In this document: positions 29,661 through 40,778 of the stretch, piece by piece
Numbering within the stretch: the first letter of the stretch is position 1
Layout of the letters: each line of letters begins with the position of its first letter
From: an uncultured Spirochaetota bacterium
GTDB lineage: Bacteria; Spirochaetota; Spirochaetia; SZUA-6; CAVTHK01
Reading direction: 5' to 3'
Assembly (NCBI GenBank): GCA_963734495.1
Contig: CAVTHK010000001.1
Coordinates: 480,001-544,000, forward strand
DNA: 64,000 nt
The notes under the pieces: generated by a model
What the model was told of the DNA's origin: nothing
Seen by the model: the letters and a program-made list of their open reading frames with translations, nothing else
Database searches by the model: none
Translations under genes and position numbers: made by a program

Positions 29661-32600
29661 TCAGGCCGAGAGCCTCGCGTCCTCCGCGTCGGCTCCCTCC
29701 ACCGGCGCCGCGCGACGGTCGATCCTCCGGCGAATCGCCTCCGGCAGGTCCGCGAGGGCGTAGTACAGAACGGGCACCACCACGAGCGTGAGCACGGTCG
29801 CAAAGGCGAGGCCGAAGATCACGACCACGCCCATTCCGCTCCACCATGTCCCGCTTTCCGCGCCGAGGGTGACAAAATGCTTCAGGTCGCCCCTGGTGAG
29901 CCCGATGAAGTCGATCGTGATCCCGGTGCTGAGGGGGATCAGCCCGAGGACGGTCGTGATCGCCGTGAGGAGAACGGGGCGAAGGCGCGTGCGGCCCGCC
30001 TTGACGATGGCCGCGAGCTTCTCCACTCCTGAGTCACGGAGCTGGCGCGTGTACTCGAGCAGCACGATGGCGTTGTTGACCACGACGCCCGCCAGCGAGA
30101 TGACGCCGATCCCGGTCATGATGATGCCGAAGGGCTTGAAGGTGACGAGGAGCCCCAGGAAGGCGCCAAAGAGGGACAGCGGCACCGCGGCCATCACCAC
30201 CAGCGGCACGGTGATCGAGTTGAACTGGGCCACCAGGACGAGAAAGATCAGCATCAAAGCGAGGAGAAACGCGCGGCTGAGGAACTCCATGGCCTTCTGC
30301 TGCTCCTCGTCCTGCCCCGCGAAGGCGACGGTGTAGCCCTCGGGCGGCTGGTACGACGCGAGACGCCTCTGGGCGTCGGCAAGCACCTCCGCGGAGCTGC
30401 GGCCCGCGGCGTCGGCCCCCACCGTGATCGTGCGCTCTCCGTCCACGTGGTTGACGCTGCTCAGGCCCGTAGCCAGATCCACGGTCGCGAGATTGGCAAG
30501 GGGAAGGTGCGTGCCCTCCTGGAACACCGTGAGGTCGAGAATGTCGCCGTATGCGCGCCGGTAGTCCTTGTCGAATCGCACGACGATGTCGTACTCGTCC
30601 GTTCCGACGCGGTACTTGGAGGCCACGGTCCCGTTGACCGCGGTCCGGACCGTGGTGGCGATCTTTGTCGGGCTGACGCCGCCGATTCCCGCCTTGCCGC
30701 GGTCGATGCGCACACGAAGCTCGGGGCGGCCCTGCTCGTAGTCGTCGTCGAGCTTGGTGAGGCCCGGCACGTCCTTGATGCGCGCCTGGACCTCCTCGGC
30801 CATCTTCGAGAGGACGGCAAAGTCGGCGCCCTTGAGGCGCACCTGGACCGCGCGACCGGTGGGCGGACCCTCCTCGGGCTTGCTCACGTCTATGCGGACC
30901 CCGGGGATGCCCTGGAGCCCGGCCCTCACCTGCTCCAGGGTGAGCAGCGAGCTCTGCGTGCGGTCGGCCTTGTCGACCATGTCGATCGTGACCCGCGACT
31001 TGTGGGGAGTGCCGCCGCCCGTGCCGAAGTCGAACATGTCGCCCGAGGTCCCGACACTGGCCAGCATGTTGCGCACGTCGGGAGTCCCCTGGAGGCGCCG
31101 CTCGATCTCGCGGACCGCGGCGTCCGAAACATCCAGGCGCGTGCCGAGCGGCGCCTCCACGTCGACGTAGATCTGGGCGGGGTCCATGGTGGGAAAGAAC
31201 TCCACGCCGTGGTTGAACAACCCAAAGACGACCATCATGGCGGCAAAGGCGCCCAGCGTCAGCAGCAGGAAGCCCCGCCTGCGCCCCCGGGAGGCCAGCA
31301 GCCACGCCAGCATCCTTTCGTAGCGGCCGCCCCAGCGCTGCAGGAGGACGTCGCCGAGCATGTTCTTGCCGTCGCCCTGGTGCCTGATGAACACGGAGGA
31401 GAGGACCGGGTTGATCGTCAGGGCCACCAGGAGCGAGCAGGACAGGGTGATGATCAGCGTGATCGGGAGCACCTTCATGAAGCCGCCGATGATCCCCGGC
31501 CAGAAGATCATGGGGGCAAAGGCCACGAGTGTGGTCAGCGTGGAGGTGATCACGGGGATCGCCACCTCGGCGCTCGCGTCGCGGGCCGCCTGCAGCAGAG
31601 GTTTGCCCTCGTGGTGCTGGCGGTAGATGTTCTCCACGACGACGATCGCGTTGTCGACGAGCATGCCGAGGGCGAGGATCAGCGAGTAGAGGGTGATCAT
31701 GTTCAGGCTGTACCCCAGCGCGCCCAGCACGAGGTAGGTCATGAACATGGACAGGGGGACGGCGATCCCGACCAGGAGCCCGTTGCGGGCGCCCATAAAG
31801 AAGTAGAGCACGCCCACCACGAGAAGCAGGCCCGCGATGATGTTGTTGTTCAGGTCGCTGACCATGAGCCGGATGTCGCGCGAGAAGTCCGCGACGACGA
31901 CGTCCTTGACTCCCGCGGGAAAGGTGCGCCTCTCGTTTTCCAGCAGCGCTTTGACGCCGTCTGCGAGAGCGAGGATGTTCTCCCCGGTGCGCTTCTGGAC
32001 GGACAGGCTCACGCTGGGCTCGCCGTTGAGGCGTGAGTAGCTCGTGCTGCTCCTGGAACCCGTAGGACACGTCGGCGACGTCGCGGAGCGAGATCGGCCG
32101 GTTGTCGCGGCTCTCGATCACGACGTCGCGAAGCTGGTCCATGGACTCAAGCTCTCCGGGCATGCGGATCGTCCAGTTGAGCGAAGAGCTCTCGGTGGCG
32201 CCGCCGGGGATGGTCATGTTGGCGCCGGAGATGGCGCCGATCACGTCGTCGACGCTGATGTTGTAGTGCACCAGGCGCGTGGGGTTGACGTTGACCTTGA
32301 CCTCGCGCTCCAGGCCTCCCGAGATCTCCACGGAAAGCACGCCCGGGAGGTTCTCGATCTTGTCCTTGAGGCCCTCGGCGATCTCCTTGAGCCGCAGGAG
32401 GCTCTCCTTGCCGGTGATCGCCACGACGAGGACGGGGATATTCTCGAAGTTGATCTCCTGGACGATCGGCTCGTCCGCGTCCGCGGGAAGAGAGGGCCTC
32501 GCCTGGTCCACTTTCTCGCGCACGCGCCGCAGCGCGTCATCCACGCCGATGTCGGACTGGAACTCCGCGACGATCGAGGTGTAGCCCTCCCGGCTCGTGG

Positions 32601-32844
32601 ACGAGAGGGTCTTGATCTTGGCGATCTCCTTGAGCTTGTCCTCCAGCGGCTTGGCGACCAGCGTTTCCATGTCCCTCGGGGCCACGCCCGCGTAGGGGAC
32701 GGTGACAAAGACGACCGGCTGCTCGATGGCCGGAAAGGACTCCAGCGGCAGGCTGAGGTAGGCGACCACGCCCATGAGCGCGACGATCACGAGCATCACG
32801 AAGATGGTGACGCGATTGTTCAGGCACAGGTTCGTCAGCTTCAT
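29661..32844 (-). CDS. RND efflux transporter permease (AcrB family); frameshift near 32040
   Basis: LPLESFP, SREGYTSI, GMLVDNAIVVVEN, GVVVNNAIVL, RLRPVLLTAITT. Confidence 0.93.
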
Positions 32845-32846
32845 GT

Positions 32847-33896
32847 TCAGATCTCTTCCGGCGCGACCGCGTCGCCGTCGCCCAGGGAGCGCTGCCCGAC
32901 CACCACGAGCTTCTGCCCCGCCTTGAGCCCCTCGACCAGCACGACCGTGTCGTTGACTGCGACCTGCGTCACGGGAACGCGGTGCGCCGTGCGGTCCTCT
33001 TCGACGAACACGAACCAGCCCCTGGTCGGTCTCGATCAGGGAGTCGAGAGGAACCACGATGCGGTTCTCGAGCGCCTGGTGGCGCAGGCGGATGTTGGCC
33101 ACCATCGCGGGGGCGATCCTCCCGTCGGGGTTGTCGGCCTCGACCTCGACGTCGAACATCCTGCTCTTCGGGTCGATCGTGCGGGAGACGTAGGTGACCC
33201 TGGCGCGCAGGATCGCGCCCGGGTAAGCGTCGAGGGTGATCTCGGCCGGCGTTCCGACCTTGACGGTCCCGAAGAAACGCTCGGCGACTCCCGCCTGGAT
33301 GCGCACGCGGGCGACGTCGATGAGCTCGAATACGCGCGCCGCGGGCGTGACGTAGGCCCCGTGGTCGAGGTAGCGGCGGTTGACGATGCCGGCGATCGGC
33401 GCGCGGATGACGAGCTTGTCCACCCGGGTCTGCGTCGCAGCGAGGCTGGCGCGCGCGCCTTCGAGACGGTAGCCGCTGTTCAGCAGGTCGTTCTCCGCGA
33501 TCGCCTTCTTCTCGAAGAGGATCGTCTTGCTCGCATGGTCGAGCTCCGCCTCCTTGACCGCGGCGGCCGCCTGGTCGCGGGCCGCCATCAGGAGCGGGCC
33601 ATCGAGGACCGCCAGGGGCGCGCCGGCTTCGACGAAGCCCCCGCTGTCCACGCGGATCTCCTTGAGGATGCCCGGACTCTTCGGCGACGACGTCGATCTG
33701 GCTCCGCGCCTTGACCGCGCCGGTCACCCGGATGTAGCTGGTAAAGCTCTGCGGCTCGATGGCCTGCACGCGCACGGGCACGGGCCTGCGCTCTCCGGCC
33801 GCGGCCTGCGGCGCCGGTCGCAGCCGGCTTCGCCGCGCACGAGGCGAGAACGGGAGCACGAGCACGAGCAAGGCCACTCTTCGCACCGTTCTTCAT
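32847..33896 (-). CDS. RND periplasmic adaptor (MFP) subunit; several frameshifts
   Basis: AAAAGGAG RBS; PVPVRV, IRAPIAGIV, LDAYPG, VEGLKAGQKLVVVGQ spread over different frames. Confidence 0.85.
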
Positions 33897-34111
33897 TCGC
33901 GATCTCCTTTTGGGGCGCAGCCGTCTCCGATGCAGGGAAACGGCGCGAAGCGCACGGGGATACTCCCTATCGAACACCGCGGCACGCCGCGAATGTCACC
34001 GGGAGAGCTCGCTCTGTACTGTGGCAGCAGGCGGAGGCGATCGGCGCCTGGGGACGCCGGCGGCGGGGCGGACGCGAGCGCGCCGCGGCCCCGCGCCGGC
34101 CAGGGCGAGGT

Positions 34112-34447
34112 CTACAGCGCAGTCACGAGAAGGGCCACGAAACCGGCGACGGCGACGGCGCCGTGGACGAATCCGAGCCACTTGGGCGGCTTCCTGGTCG
34201 CGACGTCGATGCCGAAGAGCAGGAACCCTCCCACGGCCGCGATGACGAAAAGGATCAAGGCGACGATCGGGGCAGTCTGCTGGTTGAGCAGCGAGTAGAC
34301 GATCAGGAGCACGAGGGCAACCGCGGCAAAGAGACCGTGAATGTACACGGTGGCCCGCGGCGCCCGGTCCGCGGCTACGATCCGGGCGATGTTGATGATG
34401 CCAAAGACGGCCGCAACGGCGAACAACACGATGCAAGCGATGACCAT
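34112..34447 (-). CDS. Small four-helix membrane protein with two HG motifs
   Basis: GAGAGAGG RBS; four hydrophobic segments; internal duplication (IHGLFA / VHGAVA). Confidence 0.75.
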   Translation of the reverse strand: MVIACIVLFAVAAVFGIINIARIVAADRAPRATVYIHGLFAAVALVLLIVYSLLNQQTAPIVALILFVIAAVGGFLLFGIDVATRKPPKWLGFVHGAVAVAGFVALLVTAL

Positions 34448-34471
34448 TGTTTCCAACCTCTCTCGCCATTC

Positions 34472-34497
34472 GACGCCGGGAGGCCGCGCAGGTTACA
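34472..34497 (-). promoter_or_regulatory. ECF sigma-type promoter
   Basis: TGTAACC-N15-CGTC(GAA); same motif at 35696-35722. Confidence 0.7.
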
Positions 34498-34555
34498 TGC
34501 GAAGGTGCGGATGCATGCACGGCTGCGGAATGGTTATCTTGGGCTGGGAGCAACC

Positions 34556-35257
34556 ATGGACGCTGTTCAGGCCATCGCGAAACCCGCCGCGAAGATCGAT
34601 GATCCCGACGAGACGATCGTGGAGCGCGTCCGCGGCGGCGAGACGGAGCTGTATGAGGTCCTGATCCGCCGCCACAACCAGCGCCTCTACCGCGTCGCGC
34701 GGGCGATCCTGCGGGAAGACGCGGCGGTCGAGGACGTCATGCAGGAAGCCTACCTCAAGGCGTTCACGGGCCTTTCCCGTTTCGAAGGGAGAGCGCTGTT
34801 CTCGACGTGGCTCACGCGCATCCTCATCAACTGCGCGCTGGCGCACCTGAGGAGCCGGGCGCGTCGCACCGAGGTCGCGCTCGAGCTGGTGGACGAAACC
34901 AAGGTGGCGGGGGCCGACGACGCCGCCCCCCGCGCCGGAGAATCCATCGCGCGCGAACAGGTGGGGCGGCTCATCGAGAAAGCTGTCGACGAGCTTCCGG
35001 CGAAGTACCGCGTCGTCTTCGTCATGCGCGAGGTGGAGGAAAGAACCGTGGCGGAGACCGCGGCCTGCCTCGGTATCAGCCCGGTCAACACGAAGGTGCG
35101 CCTCCACCGGGCGAAGAAGCTGCTGAGGGGTGTCCTCTCCCGGCAGGTGCCGGACATCTTCCTCTACAGCTTCCTCGGCCCGCGCTGCGACGAGCTCACG
35201 AAGCGGGTCATGGAGAAGATCGCGTCGCTCTATCCGGGGACCTTGCGCCCGGTCTGA
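34556..35257 (+). CDS. ECF RNA polymerase sigma factor with C-terminal RCD-motif extension
   Basis: RRHNQRLYRVARAIL, EDVMQEAYLKA, FSTWLTRI, region 4 VKVRLHRAK-like; tail FLGPRCDELTKRV. Confidence 0.93.
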   Translation: MDAVQAIAKPAAKIDDPDETIVERVRGGETELYEVLIRRHNQRLYRVARAILREDAAVEDVMQEAYLKAFTGLSRFEGRALFSTWLTRILINCALAHLRSRARRTEVALELVDETKVAGADDAAPRAGESIAREQVGRLIEKAVDELPAKYRVVFVMREVEERTVAETAACLGISPVNTKVRLHRAKKLLRGVLSRQVPDIFLYSFLGPRCDELTKRVMEKIASLYPGTLRPV

Positions 35258-35692
35258 CCGACCCCGAGGTCGTAGACGAGCTGCGCGCCGATGTGGGCGC
35301 CCGCGGCGAGCGCGGCGAAGCCGACCGCAGAGACCGCGAGGCAGACCCACCCCCCGAGGGGGCCGGCCGCTCCAGCCACGAAGCGCAGCAGGAGATCGAC
35401 GGCGAACACGGCCCAGGCCGAGCTCATGAAGACCATGTGCTTGAGCGCGGTCCGCTGGGCCGGCGTGTCCGGGGGGAGCGCGGCGAGGTCCGTGAACCCC
35501 GCCGTCATCGCGCCGAGCGCCGTGACCGCCCCGGCTACGAGCAGTCCCTGCGACATTCGCCACCAGACCGGCTCACGAAGCGCGACGTAGAGCACGTCCG
35601 TCGCGACCGTCGCCGGTCCAGGCCGCTACGGGAAAATGGACCACCGCCGGGTGCAGCGAGTGGCCGAGGAGCTTCCATCCGTTCATCCCCAT
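35230..35692 (-). CDS. DUF2231 membrane protein; frameshift near 35615
   Basis: GHSLHPAVVHFP in one frame, then TAGFTDL...HM...AHIGAQLVY. Confidence 0.8.
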
Positions 35693-35695
35693 TTG

Positions 35696-35722
35696 GACGA
35701 GCGTGGCCGACGGATGGTTACA
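35696..35722 (-). promoter_or_regulatory. ECF sigma-type promoter
   Basis: TGTAACC-N16-CGTC(CAA) immediately before the DUF2231 start. Confidence 0.7.
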
Positions 35723-35740
35723 GGCGCAGGGCCGCGCGCG

Positions 35741-36983
35741 TCACTTCTTGTTCAATATCTCGATCGCCTTCGCGAGCTGGGCGTCGGAGCCGGCGTCGCT
35801 CGCAGCATCCTTGAGCCTGTCCGGAGTCACGAGCTCCACCCCCGCGGCGAGGGGAGTCGCGACGTCGGGGCTGATCCCCTTGTGCCAGATCGAGCGGCCG
35901 GCGGGAGTCAGCCACTCGGTGACCGCGAGCAGGAGCATCGAGCCGTCCGCGAGCTTGAAGCTCTGCAGCACGGTCCCCGTGCCGAAGGTCGTGTCCCCGA
36001 CGACCCTGGCCCGGCCCGCGTCCTGCAGAGCGCCAGCCACGATCTCCGCGGCACTCGCCGTCCCGTTGTTGACCAGCACGACCAGGGGGATCGAAGGGGC
36101 GGCGCCGCCCGCCTTGACGCCATCGGCGCGCGTGTCTCCCGCGGCGTTCTTTTCGAGCAGCACGTTCCCGCCGGAGAGGAACTGGCTCGCGACGCCGATC
36201 GCTTCGCTGAGCTCGCCGCCGGGATCGTTGCGCAGGTCGAGCACCACGCCGGCATAGCCGCCCTTCTGGATGGCCTCCAGACCCGCCTTGACCTCGTCGG
36301 TGACTCCGGCGCTGAATGCGGCGATCCGCAGGTCGGCGATCGGCAGACCGGGGATCGTGTGCCAGGAGACGTTGTCGATCCTGATGATCGCCCGCGTCAG
36401 GGCGACCTCGCGGGGCACGCTTGAACCGGGGCTCACGATCGTGAGCGTGACCTTCGTCCCGGCCTGCCCCACGATGCTCTGCACGACCTGCGAGAGCGAA
36501 AGCCCGTCTACATCCGCGCCGTCGACCCGCACGATCTGGTCGCCGGCGCGCAACCCCGCCTTCAAAGCGGGCGACCCGTCCATGGGCGTGACCACGGTGA
36601 CGCGGCCTTCCTTCATCTCTATCTGCAATCCGACGCCGGCGTAGCTGCCGCGCACGAAGGACATCTGCTGCTCGACGAGGTCGGGCGAGAGGAACGTGCT
36701 GTGCCCGGTGTCGCCGAGGGCGTCGACCATGCCGCGGATGGCGCCGTAGGTGAGCAGCTTGTCCTTGAGGGCGGCGCGGTCCACGTACCGGCGGTCGATG
36801 ATGGACCACGCCTGCCTGACCATGTCCCAGTCGGGCTCCTGCGCGAGGGCCGGCGAGTTCGCGGCCGAACGGGCGCCGGAGCGGTCCGGCGTCCCGAAGA
36901 GGACAGCCGCCGCCGAAGGCGAGGAGGACCGCGACGGCCGCCGCGGCCGCCGGCATCAGGAGCTTTCGCGAGAATACTTTCAT
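35741..36983 (-). CDS. S41 family C-terminal processing protease with PDZ domain; frameshift(s) near the 5' end
   Basis: GAIRGMV, GSPALKAGL, LDLRNDPGG, TASAAEIVAGALQD, TFGTGTV. Confidence 0.92.
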
Positions 36984-37051
36984 GGAGGGAAAATACCGAG
37001 AAATCGGGGCGGGCGGCGCGCGAGCCCCGGGCGGCGCGGCCCCCTCGTCGG

Positions 37052-40030
37052 TCAGTCCCGGATGAGCCCGTTGCGGAACGCAAACGCCGTGGCCTCGGTG
37101 CGGTTCGCCATGCCGGTCTTCTCGAGCACGTTCTGCAGGTGCCGCGCCACAGTGTTCGGGCTGATGAACAGCCGCTCGCCGATCTCCGCGTTGGTCAGGC
37201 CGCGCGCCACGATGCGCAGGACCTCGATCTCCCTCGCGCTGAGGCCGCCCGGGCGGACGGGGGGCTCGAGACGGCCGGCGGCCTCGAGCGCCGCCTCGAT
37301 CCTCGCCGTGGTCGGCCGCATCCCGAACTCGCGTGCTACCGCCAGCCCTTCGCGCAGCGCCGCTTCGGCCCGCGACACGGGGCCGCCCGCCCCGCGGCGC
37401 AGGAGCGCCTCGCCGTAGTCGCGGCAGGTGCGCGCAAATTCGGGCGGGGACCCCGATCGCCTGCCAAAGGCGAGCGCATCCTCGAACGCCGCGTCCGCCT
37501 CCTCGTGCCTGCCCAGCGTCTCCGCGAGCAGCGCGATCAGGCCGTCGGACGGCATGCCGCTCGCGTTGTACGGGATCCGCAGCCCCTTCCGTCCGAGAAA
37601 GATGTTGCGGGAACGTGTTGCTTCCGCAAGGTCGCCCCGCATGACAGCCACGAGGGCGAGGGCCGAGTCGCGCGACATCCTCACCCAGTCGAACGGCGCA
37701 GCCGCAGGCTCGATCCCGCCGAGCGCCTCGGCCGCGGCGTCTATGCGGCTGGTGTCGCCCGTGATCCAGGCCATCTTGGGAATGTAGAAGGGGAAGGGAG
37801 CCCTCGGGTCGCCGCCCAGGCTGCCGAGGGCGCGCAGGTGCTTCTCGGCCTCAGGCACGTTCCCGGTCTCGTACTCGGTGAGCGCCAGCGTGGCGAGCGT
37901 GACCTCGTGGCTGTGGGTCTCGCCGCGGCCGGGCTGCAGCCGCAGGCAGGCGCGCGCGTGCTCGCGAGAGGAGTCCCAGTCCCCGGTCATGTGCGCCACG
38001 ATCGCGCACGCCTGGTGGGCCGCCGCGATGGAGAGCCGGGAATGGGCGCGCTCGGCATCGGCCAGCATCTCGCGCGCCGACTCTTGGAGCGCCGGGAGGT
38101 CGCCCACAAGCGCGCTGCTGCGGCAGCGCCAGTACAGCAGGAAACGAGCGCCCCACCGGTCTCCGAGCCTCCCTGCTATGGCGCGGGCCTCGTCCTCCTC
38201 GGATCGGGCGCGCGCGAACTCCCCGCCGCACAGGTGCGCGTGGGCGAGATGCCAGAGCGCGGTCATCTCCAGGCGCTCGTCCCCCTCGCGGCGCGCGATC
38301 GCCAGCGCGCGCTCGATGTCCGCGGGCGACGACTGCTGCGCCAGCAGCCGGCCCTGCTGTATCGTCCCGGGCCGCGCGACGGCAAGAGCGCGCTCGCGCA
38401 GGTCCGCGAGCCCGGTGTCAGCGTACGACCAGGTGACGGAACCGCCGATGCGCGTCGCGCGCTGAACGGGCGTGAGTGCGACCTCCACCATCCGGTCGAC
38501 GTCGCCAACCCGCGCGTAAATGTCGAAGGCGCGGCTCAGGCTCTGGGCCGCGGCAGCGCCTCTGCCGGTGTCTTCGAGCGCGCAGGCGTGCCGGTAGAGC
38601 AGCTCCGCGGTGTCGGCGTCCGCCGAGGCCGGGGCGCCCTCCTTCGCCCGGAGCGCGCGCTCCAGCAGCGTGACCGCCTGGTCCGGCGCGAGGTCGGCCA
38701 CGGCGCTCTCCGCCGCCTCCAGCGTGACCGGCACGAGGCGCGCGAGCGACTGCGGATCGCCGGCCTCGGCGAGGTGATGCGCGATTGCGGCTGCGCACCC
38801 GCGGGCATGAGGACCCGCGCGCGCCTCCATGGCTGCGGCGGTACGCGCGTGCCTGCGCGCGCGCAGCGGCCCCGGCACGCCGCTGTAGAGGACCTCCTGC
38901 ACCAGAGCGTGCGAAAAGCGGTACTGTCCCGCCTCGTCGGCCATCTCCTGCACGAAACCCGCGCGCCGCGCCTGCTCGAGCCCGGTGATCACCCGATCCG
39001 CCGGCCCATCCTCCGCAACGGCGCACAGCAGGTCGAGCGGGAATATGCGACCGATCACCGCGGCTGCGGACAGCACCCGCACGGTCTCCGCGGGCAGGCG
39101 GTCGAGGCGCGCGCCGATCGCCTCCCTTACGCCCGGAGGAATCCTGTGCCGGCCCGCGCTCGCGCTCTGCGATTCGGCCAGGTCGCGGACCAACTCGAGG
39201 AGGAAGAGCGGGTTGCCGTCCGTGCGCCGATGGGCCTCGCGCGCGAACTTCGCGCTCGGCTCGGCATCCATGGCCGCCCCGAGGTAGCTCGCCACCTCGG
39301 CCGACGAAAGACCACCGAGCGCTATGCGGCGGAACGCGCTTTCCTTGGCTAGCTCGGGGAGCGTGGAGCGCAGAGGGTGGCGCTCGTCCAGATCCGTGTC
39401 CCGATAGGTCCCGAGCACCAGGAGCGCGACATCCGCGATCTCCGCGCTCAAGTGCTCGAGGAGCTTGAGCGAACCGGGGTCGGCCCACTGGAGGTTGTCG
39501 AGGAACACGAGGAGCGGCCGCTGCCTCGCGGCCGCGCGCAGCACCTCGATCACGGCGTCGTAAAGGCGGATGCGGGCCTCCGCGGCGGGCTGTGCGAGCC
39601 CTCCGCGCCCCGGCGCGGCCTCGATCAGGGACGCAGCCTCGGGCGCGAGCCGCGAGGCAGGCAGCGGCTTGAGGGCGGTTCTCCACGGGCCGTAAGGCGG
39701 AGTCTCTTCGCCCTCGTAGCAGCGGCCCTTGAGGATGGTGACTTGATTCGCGGCGGCGTGCGCGGCGAGCTCGGCCGCGGTCCGTGTCTTGCCGATGCCG
39801 GCCTCCCCCACCAGCACCGCGACGCTGCCCCGGCCGCGGCCCGCGGCCGCGAGCGCTTCGCGCAGCTCGGCCAACTCCCGCTCCCGGCCGACAAAGAGGT
39901 CTCCGGCCCGGCGGAACGGGGTCGGGACTGACGAGGCGCGGCTCTTTGCTGCATCGCGGCGCACGACGTACCAGCTTTCCCAATGCTCAGTCGACGCCGG
40001 CCGCTGTTGCAAGCCGTTTTGCGACCCCAA
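37052..40030 (-). CDS. Large ATP-binding LuxR (LAL/MalT-like) transcriptional regulator; start uncertain
   Basis: FVGRERE, Walker A GEAGIGKT, LDNLQWAD, TDGNPLF, FSHALV; C-terminal HTH LSAREIEVL...TNAEIGERLFISPNTV. Confidence 0.92.
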   Translation of the reverse strand: MGSQNGLQQRPASTEHWESWYVVRRDAAKSRASSVPTPFRRAGDLFVGRERELAELREALAAAGRGRGSVAVLVGEAGIGKTRTAAELAAHAAANQVTILKGRCYEGEETPPYGPWRTALKPLPASRLAPEAASLIEAAPGRGGLAQPAAEARIRLYDAVIEVLRAAARQRPLLVFLDNLQWADPGSLKLLEHLSAEIADVALLVLGTYRDTDLDERHPLRSTLPELAKESAFRRIALGGLSSAEVASYLGAAMDAEPSAKFAREAHRRTDGNPLFLLELVRDLAESQSASAGRHRIPPGVREAIGARLDRLPAETVRVLSAAAVIGRIFPLDLLCAVAEDGPADRVITGLEQARRAGFVQEMADEAGQYRFSHALVQEVLYSGVPGPLRARRHARTAAAMEARAGPHARGCAAAIAHHLAEAGDPQSLARLVPVTLEAAESAVADLAPDQAVTLLERALRAKEGAPASADADTAELLYRHACALEDTGRGAAAAQSLSRAFDIYARVGDVDRMVEVALTPVQRATRIGGSVTWSYADTGLADLRERALAVARPGTIQQGRLLAQQSSPADIERALAIARREGDERLEMTALWHLAHAHLCGGEFARARSEEDEARAIAGRLGDRWGARFLLYWRCRSSALVGDLPALQESAREMLADAERAHSRLSIAAAHQACAIVAHMTGDWDSSREHARACLRLQPGRGETHSHEVTLATLALTEYETGNVPEAEKHLRALGSLGGDPRAPFPFYIPKMAWITGDTSRIDAAAEALGGIEPAAAPFDWVRMSRDSALALVAVMRGDLAEATRSRNIFLGRKGLRIPYNASGMPSDGLIALLAETLGRHEEADAAFEDALAFGRRSGSPPEFARTCRDYGEALLRRGAGGPVSRAEAALREGLAVAREFGMRPTTARIEAALEAAGRLEPPVRPGGLSAREIEVLRIVARGLTNAEIGERLFISPNTVARHLQNVLEKTGMANRTEATAFAFRNGLIRD

Positions 40031-40049
40031 TGGTCAGGTCTGACCATTG
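40028..40049. promoter_or_regulatory. Perfect palindrome, candidate operator
   Basis: CAATGGTCAG-GT-CTGACCATTG between the divergent regulator and lipoprotein genes. Confidence 0.7.
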
Positions 40050-40160
40050 ACGACCACGGGATGCGCCCGAAGGCGGACCCGACGATTGCTGAGAGCTGGG
40101 AATTCCGCCGCGGCCGGGCCGGGCCTTACGCTTGGGGCAAACGCTCAAGAGGAGGCAGAC

Positions 40161-40646
40161 ATGAAGCGCGCGTTGTTCTCGGCGGCGGGAGGCCTGGTGG
40201 CCGTATTCCTGGTTGTGGGTTGCGCGACGACGGGCAGCACGGCGGAGGAGGCGCAGTCGTTCAAGGCCGCGGTGGACCAGACGTTCGCGGTCTGGTCGGA
40301 CAGCAGCGTCAACCCGAGCGTCGAAAGGTTCGCGGCGCTGTGGGACGAGAAGGCGGTCAAGATGGCGGCGGGCCAGGAGCCGAAAGTCGGCCAGTCGACC
40401 ATCCGGGCGGCCCGGCAGAAGAAGACCGAAACCACCACCTACGACAAGTTCGAAATCAAGACCGACGAGTACCAGCTCGCGGGGGAGTTCGGATGGGCCA
40501 GGGGCATCTACACGATCGTGACGCATCCCAAGGCGGGAGGGGCGCCGTCCACGGAAGTCGGCATATTCCTCACCGTGTTCCACAAGCAGCCCGACGGGAC
40601 GTGGAAGGTGTACCGTGACACCATGATGCCACTTCCCACGAAGTAG
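40161..40646 (+). CDS. NTF2-like (DUF4440/SnoaL-like) lipoprotein
   Basis: GAGGAGG RBS; lipobox VVGC; GIFLTVFHKQPDGTWKVYRD. Confidence 0.85.
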   Translation: MKRALFSAAGGLVAVFLVVGCATTGSTAEEAQSFKAAVDQTFAVWSDSSVNPSVERFAALWDEKAVKMAAGQEPKVGQSTIRAARQKKTETTTYDKFEIKTDEYQLAGEFGWARGIYTIVTHPKAGGAPSTEVGIFLTVFHKQPDGTWKVYRDTMMPLPTK

Positions 40647-40778
40647 GCCTCTGCCGCGCCGCGTCGGACCCCGCCCCGGCGCGGCGGCTGTTTGACCGGC
40701 CTGCGCGACATGGATACCTTGGCGTCCTGCGGGCGCCGACGGTGGCGCCTCACGCCTGTGCCCAGGGGAGGAGGATCC

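Noticed and set aside
30034-33651. 1205-aa adaptor-RND fusion ORF
   Set aside because: Frameshift artefact joining parts of the adaptor, the permease N-terminus and out-of-frame sequence
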